Of a stretch of 64,000 bases of DNA, positions 39,061-50,400 are shown in pieces. The translations under genes and the position numbers were made by a program. Location of the stretch: positions 1-64,000 of the forward strand of contig CAXXFK010000036.1 of the NCBI GenBank assembly GCA_963663965.2, in the 5' to 3' direction. The stretch is from Sedimentisphaerales bacterium (lineage in GTDB: Bacteria > Planctomycetota > Phycisphaerae > Sedimentisphaerales > SM23-30). A model generated the notes under the pieces. The model did not search any database, was not told where the DNA came from, and saw only the letters and a program-made list of their open reading frames with translations. How positions within the stretch are numbered: position 1 is the stretch's first letter; every line of letters starts with the position of its first letter.

Positions 39061-40896
39061 TTAGAGGGTGCTTTCGGTAACCCGCATGACTTCATCAACA
39101 GTCGTCAGGCCGGCCTGGACCTTGCGGAATCCTTCATCCCGCAAGGAGAGCATACCGCGTTCCTTACAGACGCGGCGCAATTCGGTTACCGTGGGATTTT
39201 TGGTGATAATATCGCGATAGGTGTCGTCGAGGGCCAGCAGTTCGTAAATACCGATCCGGCCGGAGTATCCGGTGTGGCGGCAGTGGTCGCAGCCTTGGCC
39301 CATGAACATGTTGTCTTCGGTAAAGCCATAGGATTTCAGAAAACCGGCGTGTTCGGCATTGGGTGTGTGGGGCGCCTTGCATTTGGGACAAATGCGGCGA
39401 ACCAGCCGCTGGGCCAGGCAGGCATTGAGCGAGGCGGCGATCAGGTAGGGTTCGACGCCGATATTGATCAGGCGGGTGATACTGCTGGGGGCATCGTTGG
39501 TATGGAGGGTGGACAGCACCAGGTGGCCGGTCAGCGACGCCTGAATCGCGATGCGCGCGGTTTCGGCGTCACGAATTTCGCCCACCATGATGACGTCGGG
39601 GTCCTGACGCAACAAAGAACGAAGCGCCGCGGAAAAACTCATGCCGATCTTGTCGTGAACCTGGACCTGGTTGATGCCGTCGAGCTGATATTCCACCGGA
39701 TCTTCGACGGTGGAGATATTCATTTTGCCGGCGTCCATGGTGCGCAGCGCGCCATAGAGGGTGGTGCTTTTACCGGAACCGGTAGGTCCGGTGACCAGAA
39801 TAATCCCGTGCGGCTGCTGGACCTGATGAGTCAGAATTTCGAGGGTATCGGGTTCGAAGCCCAGATCCTGCAGGGTCATGGAAGCGGCTTTGCTGCTGTC
39901 GAGGATACGAATCACCACTTTTTCGCCGTAGGCGGTGGGCAGGGTTGAAACCCGCATATCGATATTGCGGCCGTGAATCACCACGCGAATGCGCCCGTCC
40001 TGGGGGACGCGCCGTTCGGCGATATCGAGGTTGGCCATGATTTTGATACGTGAGACGATGGCGGCGAACATGGAATGGGGGGGATTGAGCATTTCGAACA
40101 GGATGCCGTCGATACGGAAACGGACGCGTAATTTCTTGTCACCCGGTTCGATATGGATATCGGAGGCTTTTTCCTTGACTGCCATCAGAAAGATATAATT
40201 GACAAATTTGATGATGGGGGAATCCCCGGCGGCTTTTTCCAGATCGGCGATATCTTCTTCCTGTTCGTCGACGACTTCGATATCATCATCGGTGACGGTT
40301 TCGATCAGATCGTCCATCTGAATGTTGGCGGTGGAATCGTTATGCGTTTCGAGAATCGCCTTGATGTCTTTTTTGGTCGCCACTTTGATGGTCAGGGGCA
40401 TTCCGGCGCGGCGGCGGATTTCATCCTGGAGGAAGATATTGGTGGGATCGGCGGTGGCGATGACCAGTTTATTGCCATCGATATCGATGGCAATGGTCAT
40501 GTGTTCTTCCATGAAGGCACGATCCAGCCTGGCCATGGCTTTGGGATTGACCATATCGTTGACCAGCTGGATGAACTGCAGATGGTATTGTTCCGCCAGG
40601 CACATCAGCAATTGTTCTTCGTTGACCAGCCCCATTTCGAGGAGAACCTGGCCGAGGCGTTTGCGGGGCGACCGTTCGTGGAGGGAATGGGCCTGGGCCA
40701 GTTGTTCGTTCGAAATACGGGCGCGTTCGCACAGATTCTTTTCGAACGTGGATAAGGCGGCCACTGCCGGGGAGGGTTTCTGCTCGGGTTGCCAGAGATC
40801 GTGCAGTTCGATCGAACCGGGCATGATGCGCGTATTCGGGCGCGCATTGCCTTTTTCGGTTTTGAGGACTACATTATTGCCGAACTTCTTAATCAA
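39061..40896 (-). CDS. pilB: Pilus assembly ATPase PilB/GspE with N-terminal MshEN-like motif
   Basis: 'RLGQVLLEMGLVNEEQL', 'ASDIHIEP', 'GPTGSGKSTTLY', tetracysteine motif. Confidence 0.92.
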   Translation of the reverse strand: MIKKFGNNVVLKTEKGNARPNTRIMPGSIELHDLWQPEQKPSPAVAALSTFEKNLCERARISNEQLAQAHSLHERSPRKRLGQVLLEMGLVNEEQLLMCLAEQYHLQFIQLVNDMVNPKAMARLDRAFMEEHMTIAIDIDGNKLVIATADPTNIFLQDEIRRRAGMPLTIKVATKKDIKAILETHNDSTANIQMDDLIETVTDDDIEVVDEQEEDIADLEKAAGDSPIIKFVNYIFLMAVKEKASDIHIEPGDKKLRVRFRIDGILFEMLNPPHSMFAAIVSRIKIMANLDIAERRVPQDGRIRVVIHGRNIDMRVSTLPTAYGEKVVIRILDSSKAASMTLQDLGFEPDTLEILTHQVQQPHGIILVTGPTGSGKSTTLYGALRTMDAGKMNISTVEDPVEYQLDGINQVQVHDKIGMSFSAALRSLLRQDPDVIMVGEIRDAETARIAIQASLTGHLVLSTLHTNDAPSSITRLINIGVEPYLIAASLNACLAQRLVRRICPKCKAPHTPNAEHAGFLKSYGFTEDNMFMGQGCDHCRHTGYSGRIGIYELLALDDTYRDIITKNPTVTELRRVCKERGMLSLRDEGFRKVQAGLTTVDEVMRVTESTL

Positions 40897-40960
40897 GTTG
40901 TCGCTCCGTTACCTAAAAAAACCTGGATCGTTGTGGTAAACCGAGAGATTCTCACTTCGG

Positions 40961-41647
40961 TTACATGCTTAAAGAGAACGTTTCATCACCGGATTGCAGC
41001 ACAACCAGGTTGGTTCGGATTTCTTTGATAGTAAATTCGCCGACGGTCTGGCCGGGCCGATAAATTTCGCCATCAATCATACAGGTCCCGCCTTTTTGGG
41101 TGACGATGACGGACTGCAACGCGAGAGAGGCGATTCTGGATTGCAGGGCCTTGCGAATTTCTTCTTTGGTGGGGCCTTGAGGCTGTGATTCGACCGGATC
41201 GGCGATGACGGCGCCCTGGCTATCGAGGGTAAAGGGGTTTTTCTGCAGTTCGTCGCTATTGACCTGCTGATTGACCGGAAAGCTATTGAAGGCACGAATC
41301 ATCTGTTCGGCGTCGGTGACCAGTTTTCGGGAGGACAGATTCCCGGTCAGGCGTGTCAAAGCCTTATCCACCTGGGTTTCCAGCGTTTTTTCCGCGGCGC
41401 TGGCCACCTTGGAGCCGTTTTTAATGCCAAAGAAGTAGATTCCTGCAATCGCGACCAGACAGACCGCGGGCAGAATAAGGAATTTTTTACGGGAGGATTT
41501 CTCTTCGTAATAAAACTCTTCGCCGTTGTCCGATTCGGATACGGAAGGCGGATCGAAGGCGTTCCAATTGGGAACTTCTCGAGAAGTCGAGGCGTCGGTG
41601 TTTTCCAGAGAGTCGAATTCATGTTCATTTTGGTTGTACATATTCAT
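40961..41647 (-). CDS. Pilus operon membrane protein (PilP/GspB-like position)
   Basis: One TM helix, 'KNPF', C-terminal 'CMIDGEIYRPGQTV' beta domain. Confidence 0.6.
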   Translation of the reverse strand: MNMYNQNEHEFDSLENTDASTSREVPNWNAFDPPSVSESDNGEEFYYEEKSSRKKFLILPAVCLVAIAGIYFFGIKNGSKVASAAEKTLETQVDKALTRLTGNLSSRKLVTDAEQMIRAFNSFPVNQQVNSDELQKNPFTLDSQGAVIADPVESQPQGPTKEEIRKALQSRIASLALQSVIVTQKGGTCMIDGEIYRPGQTVGEFTIKEIRTNLVVLQSGDETFSLSM

Positions 41648-41677
41648 AGTTCCTTCAACAGGAAAGAGATGGTTGGC

Positions 41678-42205
41678 TTATTTATTAAAAAAGATACTTA
41701 TGGTCATTTCGACATTGGTATTGCCTTCGTGCTTGCTGTCTTTTTTCAAGACCAGTTCTTTCACACGGGTAATGCGGGGGAGTTTTTCGAGATCGAGCAG
41801 GAATTGATAGAACGCGTCAAAATTACCGTAGACTTCCATTTCGATGGGCTGTTCATAATAGTTGGCCCACGGATTGGGGGCGCCGGTTTTAAACAGCCGC
41901 GTATCGAGCATTTTATCGTCGGCGATATGGGTTACCTGTTCGAGGACCTTGTGGATTTCATGCTGATCGGGCAATTTGTCCTCGAAGAACTGCAGGGCAT
42001 TGCCTAGACTGTCGATTTCGTGTTCCAGATCTTCGATCTGATCGGCGGCCTTGACCAGCTGGGACAGCTTTTGTTCTTTGGTTTGCAGTTCCTGCTGCTG
42101 CTGAGCCAGGCGGGCGTCATTTTTCTTGAATACCTGGAAGTAAGACAAGACCGGTATGGCGATCAATAATCCCAGGAAAAGTATTTCTTTAATCCCTATT
42201 TTCAT
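41678..42205 (-). CDS. pilO: PilO
   Basis: TM helix plus coiled coil, 'LPDQHEI', 'YYEQPI...GNF..FYQFL...LPRI'. Confidence 0.88.
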   Translation of the reverse strand: MKIGIKEILFLGLLIAIPVLSYFQVFKKNDARLAQQQQELQTKEQKLSQLVKAADQIEDLEHEIDSLGNALQFFEDKLPDQHEIHKVLEQVTHIADDKMLDTRLFKTGAPNPWANYYEQPIEMEVYGNFDAFYQFLLDLEKLPRITRVKELVLKKDSKHEGNTNVEMTISIFFNK

Positions 42206-42247
42206 AATTCAATCCTCGACTTTCTTGAGGGTTAACCCAGGTTTCAA

Positions 42248-42985
42248 TTACATGCCTTCAACGTGTTGGCGTCGAGCCCATTCCACCGCATCCGGGGTGG
42301 CCTGGGTTGAGGGCGCAATGACAGTTTTAATGACAAACCGTTTCAGGTTCATCTGTTCCAATTGATGTTCTTCCGAATACAGCAGATCGACACTGCTGAA
42401 CAGCGATGACCGATTGAGGTTTGAGATCAGTTGAGCGACCTTGTGGTCATCCGAAGCCAGACCGGTGATCTGGATGGTGGATTCATATTCTTTGACGGCG
42501 TCTTCGGTGGTTTCTTCCGGTTTTTTTGTTTTGGCGGCGCTGCTGCTGCCACTACTGCTACTGCTGCTGCGAGAAGTCCGGGTGGTTTTCGCTTTCGGCG
42601 CGGGTGATTTTTTGATTTCTTTGCTGACCAGGTTGAAATCGGTCAGGGCGCAATCCGAAGGCAGGTTATTGGTAATGGTCGCCAGGATGAGTGAACGTGG
42701 AACCGGTTCCATCAATAAGGCGCTGATCTTGGCTTTGTCCAGCATCTGCAATCGTTTCTTATCCAGTTCCTCCAGTTTTTTGAGGGTGTCATCGGCGGCC
42801 GTCAACTTCTGGTTGACCACATTGATCCGATCCTGCATTCTTTGCTGGCGCTGGTTCGACAAGACAAAACCAAAGCCGACCCCTGACACTACCAGAACAA
42901 ACAGAACCAGACCAATCACAGTCATGCGCTGCCGGGCTTTGTTTTCCAGGTAATCTTCCGGTAAAAAATTGATACTGTTGCTCAT
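42248..42985 (-). CDS. pilN: PilN
   Basis: 'INFLP' motif, TM helix, 'ITGLA'. Confidence 0.85.
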   Translation of the reverse strand: MSNSINFLPEDYLENKARQRMTVIGLVLFVLVVSGVGFGFVLSNQRQQRMQDRINVVNQKLTAADDTLKKLEELDKKRLQMLDKAKISALLMEPVPRSLILATITNNLPSDCALTDFNLVSKEIKKSPAPKAKTTRTSRSSSSSSGSSSAAKTKKPEETTEDAVKEYESTIQITGLASDDHKVAQLISNLNRSSLFSSVDLLYSEEHQLEQMNLKRFVIKTVIAPSTQATPDAVEWARRQHVEGM

Positions 42986-43010
42986 AGCTTAACACCTTGT
43001 AATAAATGGT

Positions 43011-44129
43011 TTAATTTGCCGTGGATTCGTCGAGAGCCGGCAGTGCCAGTCCATAGGCGACGGTCCAGTCGGAATGGACGCCGTCCTCCTGCAAGCATTG
43101 GGGCAACTTGTTTGAATCGGAGAGGATGGCGGCAATCGGATCGCCGATTTGAGCCGGCAAACATAAATTCCGGGCCAGTGAATGGCAGAAATTGATATTT
43201 TTGACCAGCCCTCCCAGGAAAACAACTCTTTCAACCGGGTGAGCATGGAAAGACATTTCATGATATCTCAGGCAATTCTGCAGTTCGCTGACCAGCATTT
43301 GAATGTGCTGGGTCACCGCGACATTGCAGACCGTATCGACCGCCACAGCCAGGTTGCCCTGACAGTAAGGTGAGTCGCTATCCTGTCCATACTGGCAGAT
43401 CATTTCATCGGCCATCAGATCGTTGACTTGGCGATCTTTCATGATAGAGCGCTGAAGGGTGCTGTAAGACAGGGAAATACTGCGACCGAATTTTATCTCG
43501 TGACCGGCGGAAATCTGAACCCGGGTGCGGCTATATCCCAGATCAACCAGCATATAACGCGCTGACTGGCCGGCAAAGGATTCCATTGCCCCAAATGCCT
43601 TCATTAACGCGTTGGATTCTGTTGTGATGTTTTCAGTCATAAGTCGGCAATTCTGAATAATACGCAGGAAGCGATGGACACAGGCTGCCGGAGCGGCCAT
43701 GACAATGACATCCAATTGGGGTTCGCCGGATGTTCCCTGGTACACTTCTCCAGAGACCACATGGCGTAAAAGAGCGCCTTTGGTACTAAAAGGCAGTTTG
43801 CCTTCCAGTTCCTGATTTAAAACGCTGGCCAGCCTGGACTGGTCCTGTTTGGGCATTCTGATATGCTGAATCAGTAAATCTTTGCCAGGAACCGCAGTAA
43901 TGCATTTTTTGCCTTTAAAAGGAGCTTCATTCAAAAGGGTTCGAATTGACTGGGCATACCAGGCATCCATTTCTGCGGGTTTGTGACGAATCTCAAAAGG
44001 AGCAGTGCAGGAGCCGGCGGCCCCCAACTTTACATTTTTGTCACAGTATTCCAATTGCAGCATTCGGATGGTATGGTTACCAAAATCAATCGCAATCGGG
44101 CCATAATTTCTTTTCTTTAGCGTAAACAT
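43011..44129 (-). CDS. pilM: PilM (actin-like)
   Basis: 'PIAIDFG', 'LVDLGYS', 'FLGG', 'WTVAYGLAL'. Confidence 0.85.
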   Translation of the reverse strand: MFTLKKRNYGPIAIDFGNHTIRMLQLEYCDKNVKLGAAGSCTAPFEIRHKPAEMDAWYAQSIRTLLNEAPFKGKKCITAVPGKDLLIQHIRMPKQDQSRLASVLNQELEGKLPFSTKGALLRHVVSGEVYQGTSGEPQLDVIVMAAPAACVHRFLRIIQNCRLMTENITTESNALMKAFGAMESFAGQSARYMLVDLGYSRTRVQISAGHEIKFGRSISLSYSTLQRSIMKDRQVNDLMADEMICQYGQDSDSPYCQGNLAVAVDTVCNVAVTQHIQMLVSELQNCLRYHEMSFHAHPVERVVFLGGLVKNINFCHSLARNLCLPAQIGDPIAAILSDSNKLPQCLQEDGVHSDWTVAYGLALPALDESTAN

Positions 44130-44625
44130 CCCTATTTCATTTCTATGTTATAGGTACTTATTCGTTTTGAAAGATTCCTCCTGCTTTGCAAAGAACCAAT
44201 AAGGGCACTTTAAATCTATGATAAGATTGGAAGTGAGGCAAAATAGATAAGCTATAATTTCTCGATATTCATTAGCAGTAATCATTACCCTGTCGGCATA
44301 AAACTCACATTTTGACATAAAGGTCGACCCAGTGTAGTCCGAGGAGGGATTGTGAATGTAAATAGCTGAAATAAAAGTAATTATGGAATTTAAGGTCGTA
44401 TTGGCCGATAATCAAGCCATGGTATTAATACTGATATTGAGGTTTTTTAAAAAAATCGTCCGATAAGAATAAAGAAATCTGGCGCGCAGAACCGATAAAC
44501 GGAATAAAAGTTTTTTTGTTAGAAGTACTGTATAAATATGTTATTGCGTTCTCTCCAGCAGGATGAGGAGGAACCAGCTATAACCAGTTATGTCTTGGTT
44601 GGGGAGCCAAATAACGAGGTGTGAT

Positions 44626-45840
44626 ATGCGATGTATAGCAATCATCAATCAAAAAGGGGGATGTGGAAAGACTACTATAGCGATGAACTTATCGGCCTGT
44701 CTGGCGGTACAGGGTCATCGTACGCTTTTAATTGATATGGATCCCCAAAGCCACTGTGCGGTTGGCCTGGCGGTTCCGGAAGATCAGATCGAGCATAGTA
44801 TCTATGACGTGCTGATCTCAGCGCATTCCGACACAAAAATGCCCTTGAAGAATGTGGTCTGGCAAATTGCCCAGCATTTCGATCTGGCGCCATCGGGAAT
44901 CGAGCTGGCGGCGATTGAGCCGCAGCTGGCAGGAAAGGATCGTCGGGAAGATTGTTTACGCGACGTATTGCAGGCTGAAGCGAACGGCTATGAGTTTGTT
45001 ATTGTGGATTGTCCGCCTAATGTCGGTTTGTTGACATTTAACGCATTGCGTGCCGCGGATGAAGTGGTCATCCCCGTGGAGACGGGTTATTTCGCGTTGC
45101 ATGGTCTGGCCCGTCAATTAGAAACGCTTCAGGTATTGAAGCAGCAGTGTCAGCAGGACATAACGATCCGGGTAGTCGCCAGTATGTACGATGTGAGAAC
45201 GAAACTGGCGCGTGAGGTATTGAATGAACTCCGTAAGAATTTTTCAACATATCTCAGTCAGACCGTTGTGAATTTTAATACGAAATTGAAGGAAGCCGCC
45301 AGTTTTGGTCAGCCCATCAGTGAGTATGATCCAGCCAGTAAAGGGATGAAGGATTTTATGACGCTGGCTTCCGAAATAAGCTCGATCCAGGCCGATACCG
45401 AGCGGATCGGCAGTGTGTCGGCGATTGAGCAGCAGCTGAAGAAAATCAGCCGGACGGCCGATCAATTGTTGAGCGAGTCAAGGCGCACGATTGGTGAAAT
45501 GCCTGTGACAGAGCGTGAAACGAAGAAAACCATGACGCTCCAGGAAAAGATCGATTATTTTTATGGGGTACGTAAGGAAGGGGACCGAATCCGGTTTATG
45601 GCGCTTTATCCGAATGCCAAAGAGGTCTGTCTTGCGGGTGATTTCAACGGCTGGCAGCCTGAGAAAACCCAGTTAAAGTCCATGGATGAGAAGGGACGCT
45701 GGGCCGTCGATTTACCACTGGATAGCGGCACCTACCGTTACCGTTATGTTGTCGATGGGCGCTGGCAGCAGGATCCGTATAATGAATCGGTTGAGCAAAA
45801 TGAATTTGGCGAATATAACTCACTGGTAGAGGTGCAATAA
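44626..45840 (+). CDS. ParA/Soj-family ATPase with C-terminal CBM48/AMPK-type glycogen-binding domain
   Basis: 'NQKGGCGKTT', 'DMDPQ', 'DCPP'; C-terminus 'LAGDFNGW...GTYRYRYVVDGRWQQDPYN..N.FG.YNS'. Confidence 0.9.
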   Translation: MRCIAIINQKGGCGKTTIAMNLSACLAVQGHRTLLIDMDPQSHCAVGLAVPEDQIEHSIYDVLISAHSDTKMPLKNVVWQIAQHFDLAPSGIELAAIEPQLAGKDRREDCLRDVLQAEANGYEFVIVDCPPNVGLLTFNALRAADEVVIPVETGYFALHGLARQLETLQVLKQQCQQDITIRVVASMYDVRTKLAREVLNELRKNFSTYLSQTVVNFNTKLKEAASFGQPISEYDPASKGMKDFMTLASEISSIQADTERIGSVSAIEQQLKKISRTADQLLSESRRTIGEMPVTERETKKTMTLQEKIDYFYGVRKEGDRIRFMALYPNAKEVCLAGDFNGWQPEKTQLKSMDEKGRWAVDLPLDSGTYRYRYVVDGRWQQDPYNESVEQNEFGEYNSLVEVQ

Positions 45841-45841
45841 G

Positions 45842-47413
45842 ATGTCCCCCCCTGATCCGGCTGAAAAGGGCAAGCGAGGCATCGACTCGATTGCCCATTT
45901 GTTTTTATCGCAAAATAATTCATCGCAGTCCCGTCCACCGGTTCATCGCAAGCCGCCTCAGGTAGAAGACCATAAAACGCCCCAGCATCATCCAGGATTG
46001 GATGAGGATGACGCTTCGGAACCGGCGCCGGCGGAAATATTGATCAGCGCTCATTTGAGGCATCCGGTGCGTAAAGCGGGATTGTACGCCGCATATTTAA
46101 CGCGTCGCGGGGACGATATCCGGTTGGTGAACGTCGACAGCTATGAAGCGGCCTTGATCAAACTGGAATCGCTTTCCAGTCAGCCGCGGGATGACTGGGA
46201 TCATCCGGGTCTGAAGGATTCGTTGGTTCTGTGCGAAACGGAAGATATTCAAAACTGCCTGATTCCTACCCTGGTTGAAGCGGCCTATGACTGCGATAAT
46301 TTATTGATCAATATTGATCCTTCGTTTATGAATAAGACGGCTGAATTAATGGCCAGTTTCAGTCATATCACCATTCTGACCGAATGTTCAAAGGACAGTA
46401 TCATCGAAACCTACCAAGCGGTCAAAAAATGGTCTTCTTATCTGCGTTCCGATCAGGAGTTGGGGTTGTTTATCTGCGAGGCTCCCGATAATGAGACGGC
46501 GGATGAGGTCTACTATAAAATAGCGGATACGACCCGGCAGTTTCTCAAAAAGGTTATCGTGCCGGCCGGGTGTCATGTCGTACCCGGCAGTTACGACGAT
46601 GAGTTCGAAGAGGTGGCTGAGGTTGAAGCCGAACAGGGGACGATTGTGTCAGATGCTGAGGAATCAGTCAGGGCAGAGGGCACGATCCCCATTCAGCCGG
46701 CTATCAATGAATCGCATCTGGAGGAACTGGCCTCAATCGTGGAACCGGTTTTGGGAAATGAACCTGAGGATCACGCGGAGAACCCCGGAACATTGGATGC
46801 TGAAATGAATGAGAACCCTTCCGCAGAGATAGGGACAGAGCCGAACTCCAATCAAACAGCCTCACAGGAGCAGGTGACTATGTATACTCCGTTGGAAATA
46901 TCCCAATCCAGAAACGAAAGCCATCAGGCGCCGCCGAAGTTATTCCCCGCGGTCTATGCCCCGGTGTCATTACATAAATTGCCCGGAGACGACCGGGAAC
47001 TGTTGCAGGTCTTACAGAACAGTCTGGCCCAGTGGCTGGTGACGATACCGGGGGCGCTGCCGGTGCCCTTGCCTGATTTTGGTCAGTTTGAACAACCGGC
47101 GTTGCTGCTGCTGGATGGGGCGGGGCGTTTTCATGTTCTGGCCGCGACGTTGTCGAGCCAGATCGGCTTGCTGGAGTCCGCCCTGGAATATCGCCAGTGG
47201 TTTTTAAAAAATCGAATGGGATTGATGCGGATGTTCCAGCAACTGCAATTTAATCCGGGCACTGAACCGGGTATCATCCTGATCAAGCCCTCTTATAGCG
47301 AGAACCAGAAAACGGCCGCCCGTTCATTGCCGGCCATGACCTGTCAATTGATGAGTCTGTGCTTTTTTGAAATGGGAGAGAATAAGGGCATGCTTGTAAC
47401 CCCCTTATCGTGA
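45842..47413 (+). CDS. Hypothetical protein, possibly a degenerate MinD/FlhG-like fold with an acidic linker
   Basis: Starts 1 nt after the ParA stop; 'IAHLFLS', 'SIIETYQAVK', 'YYKIADTTRQFL'; no Walker A. Confidence 0.6.
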   Translation: MSPPDPAEKGKRGIDSIAHLFLSQNNSSQSRPPVHRKPPQVEDHKTPQHHPGLDEDDASEPAPAEILISAHLRHPVRKAGLYAAYLTRRGDDIRLVNVDSYEAALIKLESLSSQPRDDWDHPGLKDSLVLCETEDIQNCLIPTLVEAAYDCDNLLINIDPSFMNKTAELMASFSHITILTECSKDSIIETYQAVKKWSSYLRSDQELGLFICEAPDNETADEVYYKIADTTRQFLKKVIVPAGCHVVPGSYDDEFEEVAEVEAEQGTIVSDAEESVRAEGTIPIQPAINESHLEELASIVEPVLGNEPEDHAENPGTLDAEMNENPSAEIGTEPNSNQTASQEQVTMYTPLEISQSRNESHQAPPKLFPAVYAPVSLHKLPGDDRELLQVLQNSLAQWLVTIPGALPVPLPDFGQFEQPALLLLDGAGRFHVLAATLSSQIGLLESALEYRQWFLKNRMGLMRMFQQLQFNPGTEPGIILIKPSYSENQKTAARSLPAMTCQLMSLCFFEMGENKGMLVTPLS

Positions 47414-47472
47414 TTGCAGCCGATTTCGGTAGGGAGACACAATTAAAAGCAACGGTTTGTGTTGCGGTCCGG

Positions 47473-50400
47473 TTAATTTTTACGGAGCAGTATTATCCAG
47501 TCTGCTGATGGTTCGGAAGGGGGATTTCCCAGCGAGACCAGTTTGCCAGCCTTAATGGTTTTAATGGAGCCATTCTGCAAAGGGCCTCCTGTTCGGGGAT
47601 TATACCATTTTACGAAAAAACGTCCGGTCGCATTGGTCAGATCCAGTTGAGTCGTATCTCCATTGGGCAGGTAAACGACATAAACGTTATTGGGTTGCGC
47701 CAGGCAATATTTTTCATTGGAATGGGCCTCATTGCCGATTAACGGGTCCGCATTGGTCATCTGCCAGAACGGGATATGGTTATTATGGAAGAAATCCAAG
47801 GCAATCCGGCAGTAATCCCAGGATTGGTCACGGCTGCGGTAGTCTTCACAGACCAGATCACTCTGAGGCAACTGGTAACCGAAGTAGTATTCCACCCCGG
47901 CGCCACCGGCCATTAAATTGCCCCAGAGGGTGGCTTTACGGATATCATCGATTGACTGGACTTTGGCGCCATCTTTTCTGGTACCCTTATAGCCCTGATA
48001 GCCCATATCCGGGGGCACACCGGTATCGGCGCCATTTTGTTCATCGTTGGCAACCACCCAGGGCCGGTTGGCGGCAGCCGATTCTGTGACCCACTTGAGT
48101 GTCCGTTGATGAACGGCGTTCCAACTGTTTTGGAGCGAGGCGCCGGTCAGGCGGGACCGGTCGCCTAATAAGGGCGGGTAGACTTTGTCCTGCTGATCGG
48201 GATAGGTATGAATGACGATTGGGTGGTGATAAGGATCGAGGGCGGCAATATAATCCGCCATCGCGTTGATTTCGTCCGTTGTCTGGGTGTTTTCTTCGCC
48301 GATATTCCAGTTGAGAGCCAGGTTATGAGCAAAACGCGCGATCAATTCCCGGCAATACAGTTTGCGTTCCGGGCCGAGTTTGCCGCCGTCCAGTGATTCG
48401 GGTACATTTGCCGGCCCGTTCTGACCGCGCCGGTTATCGTCGATTTCGGTTTCCTGTAATTTGAAGTGCAGATACAATCCTCTGGCTGTGGCATGGTCAA
48501 ATACCATTCCCCACTGATCCAGCTTGGAGCAATCGTAATGCATTTTATCCTCCCGCGCCACAAAGGGCCAGACATTGTCGCCATCGCCTCCGGCGTTATA
48601 GGGCAAAAAGGAAAAGGCGTTGAGGCCTTTGCCGGCCAGATAATTCAGGGCGCCGATCAAGCCCTTGCCTTTATCCTGCTTCCAGGTGGGATCGCCCGGT
48701 TGCCAGTCGGCAATATGGGGTTGCCAGGTTTTCAGAGGGGCAGATGGCTTGCGGGCCTGGGTATTGTCAAAATCGGCATAAGCCAGCAGGGTTTCAGGGG
48801 CGTCGGGACCGGCCTTGAGGAAATAATCTTTGGAACCGGCAAACTGCAGGTAATGCTTGCCCACATAATCCAATCTGCCCAGGGCACGGAAGTCAGGGGC
48901 GGTTTTGTCGCTGGCGGTGACTTGAAAACGACCTGTCAGGCCATCATACGGTTTTTGGGGTTTGCCGCCGCCATCGAGAGCGACTTTATCGCCTTTGGTG
49001 AACGATATTACGTAGGTCCACCGGCCGGGTTTGTCGGGCGCCAGATGCGCGCGCCAACAAGTCCCTGAAACGGCAGAACTGTTAGCGGCATTGCCATCAG
49101 CGGCAAAATAGCCCGGTATCTGATAGGAAGGTGAACCGGATTCATGGGTGAAAGTGACGGTCAGGTTGTAATCGGTAAAGGGGTTGGGGTTGTTATCCTG
49201 TTCACGCGCGGATGGGCCGGCAAGATTGAGTGTTACTTTGTGCCATTGTCTGAGTTGACCGGAAATGGTTACCTGACTGTTACTGTCAGGTAATTGTTGT
49301 GAAGGTGGGGGAATGACCGGCTGGGTTTTTACGGTCTTATCTTCAGCGGCGGCATCTTTATCCAGATTCATCTGGATCCAGTTGGCCAGGGTGGAACTGC
49401 CCATGCCGTAGCCTCCGGGCAATTCACGCAGATCGCGCGTTTGAATTTTAGGAGGATCGCCCCAATGTTCAGGATACTTCTTTTCAGGTTGCGGGTAGGG
49501 AGGTTGTGTTTCAAAATCGGATTGATTGACCCAGCCGGCTTTGATTGGTTCGCCATTCATGTAGCGTTCATAGAAATTCCGTTGTGCCGGATAAGCAACG
49601 GGATACTGATCGAAAACCTCGCCGTGACCCAATACCCGTGGGTCTTCCTGTTCGGTCAGTTTCGCAGTCAGCCAGTCGCTCATTTCGGTGCGACGCCGGG
49701 TATATTGAGGATTATCCGCTAAATTTTTGACGCAATCGGGATCGATTTTCAGATTGTAAAGTTCTTCAAGCGGGCGTTTGCCAAAGTTCAATGCCCAGAA
49801 CGGATCGGACCGATTTTTACGGTGCGCATCCAGGATGAAGGTTTTGGTGGGGCTGCCATCGGTATTCAGATAGCCGGTTTCGGGATTGCCGGCCGGCCAG
49901 CGATCCGGCTCCCAGTTGTGCAGATATAGAAAGTCATTACGAATCAGGCCACGGATGGGATAGCCTGCATCATTGGGCCGGCCTACGTCGTGCCGTTCTT
50001 TGCCAATCAGCATATAATCCCGTCCGGGTTCGATCTGGCCGGATTGACTGCTGGTTAGAATCGGGAGCAGGCTTTGGCCGGTTATGGCCGCCATACCGCT
50101 ATTTTGCTGAGATAAGCCGGTGACGGCGAGGAACGTCGGGGCCAGATCCACAAAACTGACATAATCGTTGACCGTGCGGCCGGGGTGAGTGATGCCTTTG
50201 GGCCAGCGGATTGCCAGCGGAATATGATTGGAGGCCAGATAGGCCTGACCCTTGACGCGGGGAAAGGGCATGCCGTGGTCGGAGGTGAAAACCACCAGGG
50301 TGTTGTCAAGCTGACCACGTTTTTTTAATTCCGCCAGCATCATCTGGAGGTGCCGGTCTACGTGTTCTACTTCGAAGGCATAATCCAGCATGTCCGTACG

